NCBI RefSeq assembly: GCF_001194135.2 | Contig: NC_068990.1 | Coordinates: 8,932,758 to 8,967,012 of the forward strand | Source of the DNA: Octopus bimaculoides | Lineage: Eukaryota | DNA length: 34,255 bases | Direction of reading: 5' to 3' | Part shown: piece after piece, positions 22,753-34,199 of the stretch | How the letters are laid out: each line of letters starts with the position of its first letter | How positions within the stretch are numbered: position 1 is the first letter of the stretch | The notes under the pieces: generated by a model | The model's input: the letters and a program-made list of their open reading frames with translations, nothing else | Database searches by the model: none | Told to the model about the DNA's origin: nothing | Translations under genes and position numbers: made by a program

Positions 22753-24205
22753 CACTCACCTTGACAAACTCTGACTCGTGTTCATTACGTCACTCTAGAT
22801 TCATAAACACCCCGATGCACTCTTTTCTTGATACAGTCATACATGCATTTACACACTTTTTGTATTACCTTACTGTACTAACTGAGAAGATGGTTGATAC
22901 TTTCAGCCCTTTTTCATACACAGTGCATTTGCTCCCTGACTGACTTTTACCAATATGTCTTTATTATTGTTTGAGAAGAACAATCAGTGATTCAGTGATT
23001 CAGCTCTTCGTTTCAGGTTTCCATCTCTCAGATACAACCAGCATTCTTCAATTCCAAAATCCTTTTCTTGTTGCATAAATAACTCATATAGTTCTTTTCC
23101 ATTCCACTTATTTGTTCTATTTTTTTTTTATATATTCTTGAAATCTTTCAGTTTCAGTCATCTTTTAAATATATATCTAGACACAAATAATAGTCTTTCT
23201 CGTTAATCACAACATAGTTTCCAAACCATAAATCGCAGTATTGATAGCGTATTTTGCATTTAAGAAACCTCTGCTTCTTTCCCGTATTTGTAAATAGAGC
23301 TGGTCTTTAGTAATTTAGCGTGGTGTGCATTATGCATTGTAAGCAGCTTGCTAGTCCTTCGATCCAATTCTTGTAGGTCTGTCTTTGTCCAATATTGATT
23401 GCCTTGATGACATCACCTCCATTTAGTTTTGCTTCTAACACTTCCCAACCCGTTTTGTATTCTTTTTAGAGATTTTCTCATTTTTCTTTCCATTACCTTA
23501 TCCTTCTGCAGATGCTTATATTCTTCATTCTCTTTCAGTGATCTAACGACTTCAGCTTATGACATCTTTATCCAGTTACATTTAAGCCTTCGACATCTCT
23601 TCATGATTAATACTGAAGACGTATTCTCCAAAAACTGCATACAGTATCCTTGCTAAATATTTTTACTATTTGAACAAATGAATCAAACTCTTCTTTATTT
23701 CTGGTGTACAGTTTGAAGTCAAACATATATCGCAGGTAATTTATTTTCTCCATGTTGTTGATAAGCTTATAAGCAGGTGTATATTTCCTCAGTATACTTA
23801 TCAAAGAAATCAACGCACCTACGAAAAGTAATAGATAGAGCGAGCCTCGCTGAAATATTCCATTGCGGATTTTCACATTTCCTAACGATTCATCCCCGTA
23901 TTTTAAATCTGCTTCCCTCTAGTTCGTCCATTGTCCTAAAAATAAAAAAAGAACTGCTAATCTTCTGATAAACGCCGAGATTCATCAGGTATTCTAAAAA
24001 CCAATAAAGTGGTACATTCTCGTATACGTTTTGTAGTATCCAAACAATATCTAAGTTCTTATTACCACTTTGGTGAGTTTCATTATATCAGTATACAATA
24101 GATCAGCAGTCTCCTTTGTTTTTCTTTCAGTATCCTTTTTGCACTTCTGGTAAAGTGCTTCCTTCTCCAAAAAGCTACGCAATTCATTTACTATGAGACC
24201 TGACA
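22753..24205 (-). mobile_element. Decayed R4/Dong-type retrotransposon, RT through CCHC region (copy 4)
   Basis: Minus-strand translation: GLIVNELRSFLEKE..TKETADLLYTD..KNLDIVWI..YENVPLYWFLEYL (cf. WIDYxKAYDxVPHxW), IRNGIFQRGSLYLLLF (cf. GIFQGDSLSPLLF), YMFDFKLY (cf. YMDDLKLY), LQELDRRTSKLLTMHNAHH, WLYLRDGNLKRRAESL and KCTV*KRAESINHLLS. Confidence 0.9.
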
Positions 24206-24334
24206 GCAATTTCTAAAACAATATGTAACGAACTTATAATTATTTAATATAGAGAATAGAAAAGAAGGATTCTTATCATTATTAGTATTATTATTGAATG
24301 AGAAATCAATGCATGCCATGAAAGTGACACTGGG

Positions 24335-24852
24335 GTACAAATATACGAAGCCCAGTATACCCATCATGACTACCCGTCTGATAACGGTACCCCAGGCACA
24401 TGCACCACAATAATATGTGCGTGACATGATGATCTCATATCAAGATAAACAGCGCATGACCTCGCAGGTGGGGCCCAGTTAGAATTTTCTTCAGGTCGAG
24501 TAGCCCATCCCGATCAAAAGGTACCTGAATAAGTTTTGTTTAAGGATGTTCAGCAAAATACTCATATTTCCAAAGGTGAATTATTCAAACTCCAAAGAAT
24601 TCCTCTCAACACATGGCTATGATGTCCCTCACTACTTCTGCTCATGAACAGAGATGCACATATCGTCAGCCACCAAGGGACATGCTCAACTGGATAAGAT
24701 CAATCAACTGACAAGCAAATCTGTGGTATTAAGCAGAATATTTGCTGTAGCCCATCTTTTATACCAAGACAAAACAATGTACATGATAATACTTCCAATC
24801 AATTAAGATCAGAAGCCATGAGAGCCACTGCCTGGTACTGCATCCGGGCATT
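24335..24852 (+). repeat. Unclassified interspersed repeat (family D) ending in an (ATT)n tail
   Basis: About 500-bp GC-elevated block ending ...gtactgcatccgggcat(tta)n, with a diverged partial copy at 22140. The simple-repeat tail suggests a retroposed element; the 5' boundary is approximate. Confidence 0.65.
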
Positions 24853-25095
24853 TATTATTATTATTATTATTANNNNNNNNNNTCTGCTCATGAACAGAGA
24901 TGCACATATCGTCAGCCACCAAGGGACATGCTCAACTGGATAAGATCAATCAACTGACAAGCAAATCTGTGGTATTAAGCAGAATATTTGCTGTAGCCCA
25001 TCTTTTATACCAAGACAAAACAATGTACATGATAATACTTCCAATCAATTAAGATCAGAAGCCATGAGAGCCACTGCCTGGTACTGCATCCGGGC

Positions 25096-25168
<73 letters not shown>

Positions 25169-25192
25169 GTTATTATTATTATTATTATTTGT

Positions 25193-25410
25193 GAAGGCGG
25201 CGAGCTAGCAGAATCGTTAGCACGCCGGAAAAATTGCTATGTGGCATTTCGTCTGTCTTTACGTTCTGAGTTCAAATACCACCGAGGTCAACTTAGCCTT
25301 TCATCCTTTCGGAGTCGATAAAATAAGTACCAGTTAAGTACTGGAGTCGATGCAATCGACTTACCCCCTCCCCTGAAATTGCTGACCTTGTGCCAAAGTT
25401 TGAAACCATT
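25193..25410 (+). mobile_element. Full-length family A SINE inserted at an (ATT)n array
   Basis: GGCGGCGAGCTAGCAGAATCGTTAGCACG (A-box-like), GAGTTCAAATACC (B-box-like), twin hairpins at 25330-25360, ending GACCTTGTGCCAAAGTTTGAAACCATT. Confidence 0.95.
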
Positions 25411-25834
25411 GTTATTATTATTTGCTCCATACCTCCTTTTCTCATTTAGAATTCGTCTTGAGAATCCAATTACAAGATTGTACACTCCTCAACTATATTC
25501 TTCAATTCACAAATATTTTTTCTCTTTTGATGTTAGTCATATTATGCAAAGAAATCAGTGATATTACTTTCTATCATTTTTTGGGATCAATATTAATATA
25601 AAATATCGGATATCAACGACAATATTAATGTCGCGTAAGTCATTTTGTTGAGGACGAACTTCAGAAGATATTACTTTCTTGTAATTATTTTGGAGAAGAT
25701 ACACAGCAGTGATATCGAGCCTTTTATTCGTGGCTATGGATATAATCTGAATCTGGTATTGTAAACTATCAAATAGTCATCAAATATACAGTGAACTCAC
25801 TAATTAAATCGACGTACTGCATTATATTTATCTG

Positions 25835-25910
25835 TATAAATGAGCCAAAGAGAGAGCCTTTACGCGGTCGCTCGATCTGTTAGAAATAACAGCCAAATCT
25901 CCGTCAAATT
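25835..25910 (+). repeat. Fragment of unclassified repeat family C
   Basis: ggtcgctcgatctgttagaaataacagccaaatctcc core; related segments at ~28300-28490 (-), ~30040-30110 (-), ~31040-31280 (+) and ~32915-33085 (-). Confidence 0.6.
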
Positions 25911-26448
25911 GCCCAGACTATATAAAATGAATAAGAAAAGAACATATTGAATTATTTAGTCCTGATTTCCCTAAAAATAAGTGGTGGTCACGACTGGAAT
26001 CACAGGTCAGCTCTATCATGGTTGATATGGAATTTAACAGCGACTTATTTTCATGTGAGTCAATTAATATATTTGAGGAAGTTATAGAAATGCATTTGAC
26101 AATATCTCTCTCTCTTCCTCTCTCCCTCTCTCTCCTTACATCAGATATATACACACATACACACATACACACATACATACATATATACATACATAAACAC
26201 ACGCACGCATACACATACACACACATATGCATCTGAAAAGAACATCAATCATTCATTTTGGGCAAAAGTTTCCCATAAAATCAATTCACTTCTCATTTGT
26301 TATTAATTCATATCGTATTTATTAAATACGTCTACAGTTTTTTCAGGAGAAAATGAGTTGGGGATATGTAAAACTGTATATATTGTTTTATCCTCTTATT
26401 GGCCCAAGTCATTCGACTGAGGCTTTGCAAGAACAGTCTTTAAGGGTA

Positions 26449-27233
26449 TAGTCGATTACATCAAACTTAGTATTTATTTAATCAACTATTCATTTTATCG
26501 ATCACGGAATGATGAAAGACAAAGCGGACAGTAAAATGGCAGGTTATCAACTCAGAATTAAAAGACACAAAATCAAATATACACAAAATATTTGTGCGAC
26601 GTTCTACCAGTTCCGTTAACCACAAACATTCTGTCAACCAATATATTCTGCCACTCATCCACACATATATTCGTATTAACCATCATTTCAATTCTAAACC
26701 GTTTAAATTGTGATTAGATCAGATAGATTGATGTCTAACATTAGCACAATACAGCACACTCTAGGACATGGCACAGTCGATTAAATTAACACCAGTAATT
26801 AACTGGTAACTATAATTTATTGACCCTAGTAGGATGAAAAGCAATGTTGACCTCCGAAGAATTTAGATATTGGAGAGACATACCTGGTCTAATCGATAAT
26901 CCGCTATCGATCGACGAGCCAATATTTCATATCTGCTCTCCAGAGCTTGCTTCAAAGCCAAAGCATTAAAGTCTAAGTCTACCTAATTAAATATATACTA
27001 TGTTTATGCACGCTTCGCCGTTATAAATGTCAGGAAGTTGTGTGAGTAATGGCTTCTGATTTAGGCACATCACCATCAGTTTACTCGATACCATCAACCC
27101 CAATATTTGACCGATATTCTAGTTTAGCAGCCCGGTGGGATGAAAGACAAGGTTGGCTTCGGTGGTATGTGAATTTAGCGTAAAGAGCTGGAAGAAACGC
27201 TTCAAGACATTTTGGACGACGATTCTGCCAACC
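26449..27233 (-). mobile_element. Three diverged family A SINE copies (26449-26622, 26763-26868, 27061-27233)
   Basis: Each carries variants of agtcgatt..., ggatgaaa(a/g)(g/a)caa and (g)aatt(t/a)..., matching the minus-strand family A pattern. Confidence 0.7.
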
Positions 27234-27826
27234 CGTTTCTCTACGTTGTGTGATTAATGAAAGTTTATCCAGCTTACTGTGTTCGTTTCAAATCGTGTTG
27301 TGGGTGTGAGTTGTGTTACAGCCGCCAGTAGCACAGTGCTATTGTAATTCAGTCGTCAATGTGATGATGAATTATATGTAACTTTATACGAATGAATAAA
27401 AATAAAACGTTTTTCTGAATGGATGTCAGTTTCATACATTGGTACAAGGTCACGTATTTATAGGAGAATATGAGAATTAAGATTATGCAGTATCCATCCT
27501 TTTTGACAGCATTTGAAGCATAAACGAAGAAATGGCAAAAAAAGATGAAAATCAAAACTGTTGTAAAGATCGATTTCACCTATAATCAACTTTGAACTTT
27601 GCAGGTAATCTTTTACTTAGAATAAAAGAAATAAATAAAATATCAACAGCAAAGTTCCTCGTAACCGAGCCCCGAAGCGTCATTAATAGATACGGAACCT
27701 CATCGATGGTTCGACTATTTAAGTACTGTACGCTTCCACCTTGCTGGTTTGTACGGTATTTGGAATCCCTGCTTAAATTTTGCTGTAATACCCCTACCCT
27801 GTCCAAGGATACAATTTAAGTGAATA

Positions 27827-28032
27827 TCTTTTCTACTCTAGGCACAAGGCCTGAAATTTTGGGCGGAGGGGGCCAGTCGATTAGATCGACCCCAGTACGC
27901 AACTGGTACTTAATTTCTCGACTCCCGAAAGGATGAATAGCAAAGACGACCTCGGTGGAGTTTGAACCCAGAACGTAAAGACAGACAAAATACCGCTAAG
28001 CATTTCTCCCGGCGTGCTAACGTTTCTGCCAG
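27827..28032 (-). mobile_element. Near full-length family A SINE
   Basis: Reverse complement CTGGCAGAAACGTTAGCACGCCGG...GGGTTCAAACTCC...twin hairpins...GGCCTTGTGCCTAGAGTAGAAAAG. Confidence 0.93.
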
Positions 28033-28574
28033 TGAATAAATATCTTGAACCAATAATGTAGAGATTTTGTACAAATTTAAGTTTACTTTTTAGTACTGCA
28101 CACGTTTGCGAATGTAATACATATTATTTTTAACTACGGAGAAGGTAAATTGTTATAATGGAAGTGATACAATTGAGTGAACCGACACCGACTGATATTC
28201 GATGCTATTTGTAATAATCGTTCGGCATTGAACTGTTGAAACTTCAACTAAGAAATTTCAACTAAGCACGCAGTTTTTGTCACCGTTGTTGCTGTCAACC
28301 TGAGGCCAGTCCTGATCAAGTAAACACGTAATCAAAATACACTCCAGCTATAATCATCCTGAGAGGGGCGGGTGGGGTCAGATTCAGTATATCTTGATGA
28401 CCTACAACATTATATCTTTTCCTTTTAAAACCGTGGAGTAGGAGCAGAGAGAAATGCGACTGTTATCTCTAGCAAATCTAGCCACCTCATAAATACAATA
28501 GGTAAAGGATCAAGAGGAAATAATGCAAATTACTCCGTTCGTCGTTCTACCTGCTTCGTTATTCCATGAAAAAT

Positions 28575-28888
28575 TAACGCGTCTGACAAAATGCTTAGTG
28601 AAATTTTACCAGTTTTTTATGTTCTGAATTCGACTTTGCAGTTCACCCTTTCGGCTCGATAAAATAAGTACCACTTGAGCATTGGTGGTGGTGGTGGGGG
28701 GTGGTATCAATGTAATCAACCACATCCTCTCCTAAAATTGCTGGCCTTGAAAATTTAAAACTATTATTATTTTTTAAGATAAGCAAGTGATTTCAAATTA
28801 GGAGTAACTTTAAAATCAGCTCCATTCTTTGGTACTTATTTTATCAACCACGGAAGGTTAAAAGACAGAGTCAACGCCAGCAAAATTC
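28575..28888. mobile_element. Family A SINE (+, 28575-28762) and inverted fragment (-, 28829-28888)
   Basis: The + copy has gacaaaatgcttag...ctcgataaaataagtacc...aattgctggccttg; the - fragment reads ggtacttattttatcaacc...gagtcaacgcc. Confidence 0.75.
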
Positions 28889-28967
28889 GTATGTAGATAG
28901 GAAGGGAGCTCTACCGATTCTACGAATACACCTCATGTTTCAGGGTTATTATTGAGTTCTACAAAGA

Positions 28968-29261
28968 CACCGAACTGATAGAATTGTTAACGCGTCGGAC
29001 AAAAACGTTTAGCAGCATTTCTTCCGATTACTCTTTTACTCTTTTATTCTTTTACTTGTTTCAGTCATTTGACTGCAGCCATGCTGGAGCACCGCCTTTA
29101 GTCGAGCAAATCGACTCCAGGACTTATTCTTGGTAAGCCTAGTACTTATTCTATCGGTCTCTTTTGCCGAACCGCTAAGTGATGGGGACATAAACACACC
29201 AGCATCGGTTGTCAAGCAATGCTAGGGGGACAAACACAGACACACACACACGCGCGCGCAC

Positions 29262-29301
<40 letters not shown>

Positions 29302-29708
29302 NNNNNNNNNNNNNNNNNNNNNNNNNNNNNNNNNNNNNNNNNNNNNNNNNNNNNNNNNNNNNNNNNNNNNNNNNNNNNNNNNNNNNNNNNNNNNNNNNNN
29401 NNNNNNNNNNATATATATATATATATATATACATATATATGACAGGCTCCTTTCAGTTTCCGTCTACCAAATCCACTCACAAGGCTTTGGTCGACCCGAG
29501 GCTATAGTAGAAGACACTTGCCCAAGATGCCACGCAGTGGGACTGAAACCGGAACCATGTGGCTGGTAAATTCCGCCGAAGTCGATTTTACCTTTCATCC
29601 TTTCGGGATCGCTAAAATAAGTACCTGTTAAACACTGGCAGTGATGGAATCAACTATTTCCTTCCCCAAAATTTCAGACCTTGTACCTATAGTGGAAAGA
29701 ATTATTAA
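28968..29708 (+). mobile_element. Family A SINE split by a nested insertion (5' part 28968-29027, 3' part 29568-29708)
   Basis: The 5' part ends ...gcatttcttccg and the 3' part resumes at aaattccgccgaagtcg...cagaccttgtacctatag, collinear with intact family A copies apart from ~18 missing bp. Confidence 0.85.
29028..29567 (-). mobile_element. Family B SINE (tRNA-derived head, CORE-like segment, internal microsatellite); possibly related to the octopus OR2 family
   Basis: Reverse complement: ccacatggttccggtttcagtccc (B-box-like), ggcatcttgggcaagtgtctt (CORE-like motif), (AT)/(GT)n insert, ...ggcggtgctccagcatggctgcagtcaaatgactgaaac, then an (AAAAGAGT)-like tail. The family name is from recall, not a search. 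Confidence 0.85.
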
Positions 29709-30115
29709 GATCTGCAAGGAAGCTGGGGGTTTGTGTTAGGATATAAACGTAAGTGCAATAGATAATTCTTCTAATAGATTTAAAGTGTTCATCGAGTGGA
29801 TCTACCAATTAATTAATCATAATGACTTGTACTGTTTTTCTCGTATTGATACTAATTAAAAATGACATAAATGAAGAGTGGATAATTCATTTAAGAAAAC
29901 TATTTCTTCTCACTTTTAGATACAATGATATTGCTGTGGTTGATGCTGTTGCTCGAACAAAACTATGACCGAAGACATTATAGCTATGACCACCCCTTTT
30001 TAAGATATTTAGAACTACATTATCCAATATATCGTTTGTTATTTAACACAGTGAAGGTGTGTTTTAAAGGAGCTTGGCTGCTATTTCTAAAAGGTCGAGT
30101 AACGACGTCAAATAA

Positions 30116-30170
30116 ACTCCCTTGTTGGCTCATTAAATACAATTCACATTTAATGAGCCAACGAAAGACT
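30116..30170. other. Inverted repeat / hairpin with a 15-bp perfect stem
   Basis: GTTGGCTCATTAAAT (30124-30138), 9-nt loop, ATTTAATGAGCCAAC (30148-30162); imperfect pairing extends about 8 bp further. The structure is certain, the function unknown. Confidence 0.9.
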
Positions 30171-30659
30171 GTCTATATGGCGTGTGTCAATTTAACGAAT
30201 CATCATTATGCATATGGATTTATCAAATCAAACTGTGTATGTGGGCGTTAACAAACCGGAAAACGTGAGCCGCAAAATTTCAATTAATTTTCGTTCACTA
30301 CACCACTGCATCTGCTAACGCTCACTTTATTATCTATTTTTGATAAAGAAGGCATCCCTGAGTACCCCTGTGTTACTCATACAGTGTATGTAATAAGCTG
30401 CCCAATGAGCCAGTCGGTATGGCTTTGATTGCCAGCGGCAGCTATTTCCTTTTCCTTATTCTACCAAAGTATTTTGATAACTGCATGAATAATATAACTA
30501 ATGTTACCCTCCTTAGCAAATAGAGGCTCCGAGGTCGTGCAATATCTTGGGAGTGAATAAATAGAGATTTGTACCTGAGCAAAACATTTATTATCAGATA
30601 TGTTGCCATCAAAGATGTTTGCGTAAGTTCAAGTATGTCTGTGTGCTTTAGAAATTTAC

Positions 30660-30970
30660 ATCAATACCCGCGGGTTCATCCCCTCTACGCGAAACTTTGG
30701 GCTATATCCTCAAAACAGCTCCGGGGTCGTGCAATATCTTGGGAATGAATTTGAAAGACGTCTGTATGTATGTTGGGGTATGTGTTACTATTTGTATGTG
30801 TATGTGAATGTGCGTATGTGAATGTGTGTATGCATGCTTGTATGAGTGTGTGTGTGTGTGTATCTTTGTTTGTCTCCCAAACATCTCTCGACAATCGGTG
30901 TTGGTTTGTTTACGATAAAGTATAAGTACAAGATTTCAGAAGTAAGTGTGGGGGTCGATTTGATCAACTC
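30660..30970 (+). mobile_element. Highly diverged family B SINE
   Basis: gggttcatcccc...ctttgggc...cagctccggggtcg...(TG)n...tttgtctcccaaacatctctcgacaatcggtgttgg...ggggtcgatttgatcaact is collinear with the 29028-29567 copy. Confidence 0.7.
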
Positions 30971-31371
30971 TAACTGTCAGGGCACATTGGATGACGTTGC
31001 CCATAGTACACAACGACTGAAAAGAATTGAATTATCAAGACAACAATGCATTTGATCAAAGGTTTACTCGATCAGGGTTGACATAAGATCAAACAATATG
31101 AATAATAGCTACTGATCGTGGCATTGAGAGAAATTTTCGTGGTCCCTTAGTCTGCTAGAAATACAACTGAATTGCTTTCAAATCCCAACTTACTGTCTTT
31201 TAAAAAATAAGGTCAGAATAGATAAAGCAGTCCTTGATATACAATCTAAAACTACAAAGCCGGGATGGTCACAGGTGAGAGCTTTGTCTGCAGGTCTGCT
31301 TATGAGAGAGCTGCTCTGAGACTTAATGACCAAATTACTTGTAAATTTTTCAATGCTCTCTTCCTATCCTT

Positions 31372-31387
31372 CTCCTTCTGCCTCTTC

Positions 31388-31434
<47 letters not shown>

Positions 31435-31465
31435 TCTTTCTGTCTCTTTCCCCTTCTTCTCTCTC

Positions 31466-31500
<35 letters not shown>
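31372..31500. repeat. (CT)n polypyrimidine microsatellite
   Basis: Directly visible. Confidence 0.97.
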
Positions 31501-31503
<3 letters not shown>

Positions 31504-34197
31504 CTACCGTAATGCAATGCGGGACGTTTTAATGACATCACCTAGAACATTGTACGGCGCCAATGACGTGTTAGATTTCTTTAGCCTGGATAACAACACC
31601 GCACACAGTCTTATATTAGAATTTCTGAAGAAGGCAGCAGAAGATTCGAGACATGTATCATGTTTTTTTCTCGGACGTTAATGTATGGTATAATAAACTG
31701 TATATGTCGTTAATTTAGAAAAAAGACACTAACAAGTTCTTTTATTACTAAAATGAAATGAAAAATAAAGTATGACGTCAATACTGGTGGACAATATTTA
31801 AAGTTTTAATTTGTGTTGTAGCGTTTTATGGTTTCTAAAAAGAATCAGTTAAAACAAATCTATTGTTAGTCAAGGTTGACAGAGGCGGTGGTGTGGGAGA
31901 GGGGTCAGCGGCGTTGATGGTGGGTGTAGAATCAGCTGAGCCATTGATTAACTACATCTCAGAATATAGTTGCGTCATTATAGGTTTCCAAGGTATTTCC
32001 TTTCATACTTCCAAAGTCGATTACGTAAGTTCCTAGTATTTCTATTTCCATCCTCGATACAAACTGTGATTCACGAGATCGCAAACAACTTAATACATCA
32101 TATAGTTCTGCAACAAGATATACTATACAGTTCTCGATTGCAAGAAGCTGACCGATTTTTTGCAATGGAAGAGCGCTGAAGTAACATATCGGTTTTTACA
32201 GTGTTCCCTCGGCAAGTAATGATTCATAATATCACTTTATGACATTTTTAACTGTGTTAGGTGAATTCTTGGGAGTTATGTTCTTGATCATAGAAACAGT
32301 CTTGAACTAGTGAATTTATACTGATTTATCGATATTTTTCCTTTTTTTTCCCCCGTTACTCCAGGAACAACACTTTCTACCGCTGGTAGAATTTTCTGTG
32401 GACGAATATTTTGAGAATTTGGCCAGGTTTTAGGATTATGGTTGAATAGTCTTCAATCTTATCTTTGTTCGATCAACCACTCAATCGCTCACTAGCATTC
32501 TTATAAATGTCATTACGTAAAGATCGGTAAGTTTATTAGGAAAGTCATATGCGAGTCACACAAATGAGACTATGTTTGAGAATCTCGTCAATTTTTACTG
32601 CGGTAAATTAAACCACTTACTTACTTTGTAGCTCCGGCTCTATCTAGAAGCTCACCTTGTGAGATATAGTAAATAGCCAAAGGTGCAGTTTGTTTTTCCG
32701 CTCTTTCTAGCGCTAAGTAGATGGAATATAATTCTTTCTTTTGATAACGCGCTGATGCATTTTAGATAGATTTTCATCAGAAGAAATTTACTTATCTAAT
32801 GCTAAGTAAAGATCACTTCAATGCTGTTCTTTATTCGGTGAATTAGTCTTGTGTCGTGTTTGTTCCCAGCTAAATAAACTTGTCCATTAAGAGTTGTTAT
32901 TGCTGTTGTTGAACAGCAGGTTAAAATTGATAGAGTATACTTATGATCAAAGACGTTCAAATCGTAACTATCCCATCTTTCAACACAAATATAACTATAT
33001 TATCTTATGTGTCACACCATTTTCAATTCAGAAAGATGTTACTTGGCTGGTGTTTCTAGCAGGTTGAACCATCCAGGAAGTGTTTCTTCGTTGACTCCTT
33101 AAGAGTCAGGCTACGAATACAAAGATGAATTAGGACTGAAATACAAGCCAGAAGGTTGTTTGGGATCTCTTAGTTTCGGCTACTCAATCTCAAAGAGGAC
33201 GTCATGCATGAAAATAATCTCTTTACTAATTCCAATAAAATATTATGTAAAGATTATTAAGGTTATTATGAAAAGTATTTGCGATTCACACAATTCTTCC
33301 TTTTCATATACATCAGAGACTGTGTAATGATGTGATAAATGAATATGGTATTTATCATATATAATTTCTTTCGTAAGTTTATTTTCCGGCCCATTTCCAC
33401 TGATATACTTTTGTCCTCAATCGAGAAGAAACTAATATATTTATTAGTTGAACGCTATAAACTCTCAGTGACCTTAAATCGCCACCCAATTTCGGTTCCA
33501 TTTTGAATCATTACACTTCTTTGTTGCCAAATCAAATCAAATATTGACTAGGCGTTAAATTGAACCAAGTAACATCTCTAAGATGACAAGATAACTGTGT
33601 GTATTTGGTTATTCACAGATATGTTCAGTGATTTTTGTGTCTGCTATATATGCAGAGTTTACTTGCCTAGATTTGTTGCTATAGTGAAAAAAAACTGCTA
33701 TTTATTATATCTTTGAAATCCCAACTGTTATCTTTCAAACAACTTTTAGTGAGAACTTGCTGCTAATACTTCATGTATGATCATTTCACCAGTTGTATGT
33801 TTGAGACATATCCGAAGAGAATGTAGCAGATGGTTTCTGCGAACTGATCATATTGATTATATTTATCATCTAAATCATAGAAATTACAAGCATTCCTTTC
33901 AATGAATCTGTTAACGGAAAGTTATTTTCTTCATTTTCACATTTAAATTGTCCCTTAGGATGTAAAAATGAGAACTTTCCTAACGATAAATGAGCATTCA
34001 ATATGTAAATATGTAAATAGCTAAGATTTTATTAATCTTAATAAAAATTAGTTGCTTCGTAATTTTTTTACGTTATTTTTCAACAATATTAGCTTGGAAT
34101 ATCAGTTATTATATTCCTTTTCACAAGTTCACTAAAGTGTGTGCGAAGAGGTATATGTTATAAATTTAAGCATGTATATGTAAGTTTATAAGAGTTC

Positions 34198-34199
<2 letters not shown>

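Noticed and set aside
22455-23669. 298-bp direct repeats read as the LTRs of a TRIM or LTR element
   Set aside because: No TG...CA termini, primer-binding site, polypurine tract or target-site duplication seen, and the repeat is internal RT-coding sequence of a non-LTR element.
24637-25118. Apparent 236-bp tandem duplication (24637-24872 and 24883-~25118)
   Set aside because: The copies appear identical and are separated by a 10-N gap next to an (ATT)n tract; this is most likely an unmerged contig overlap.
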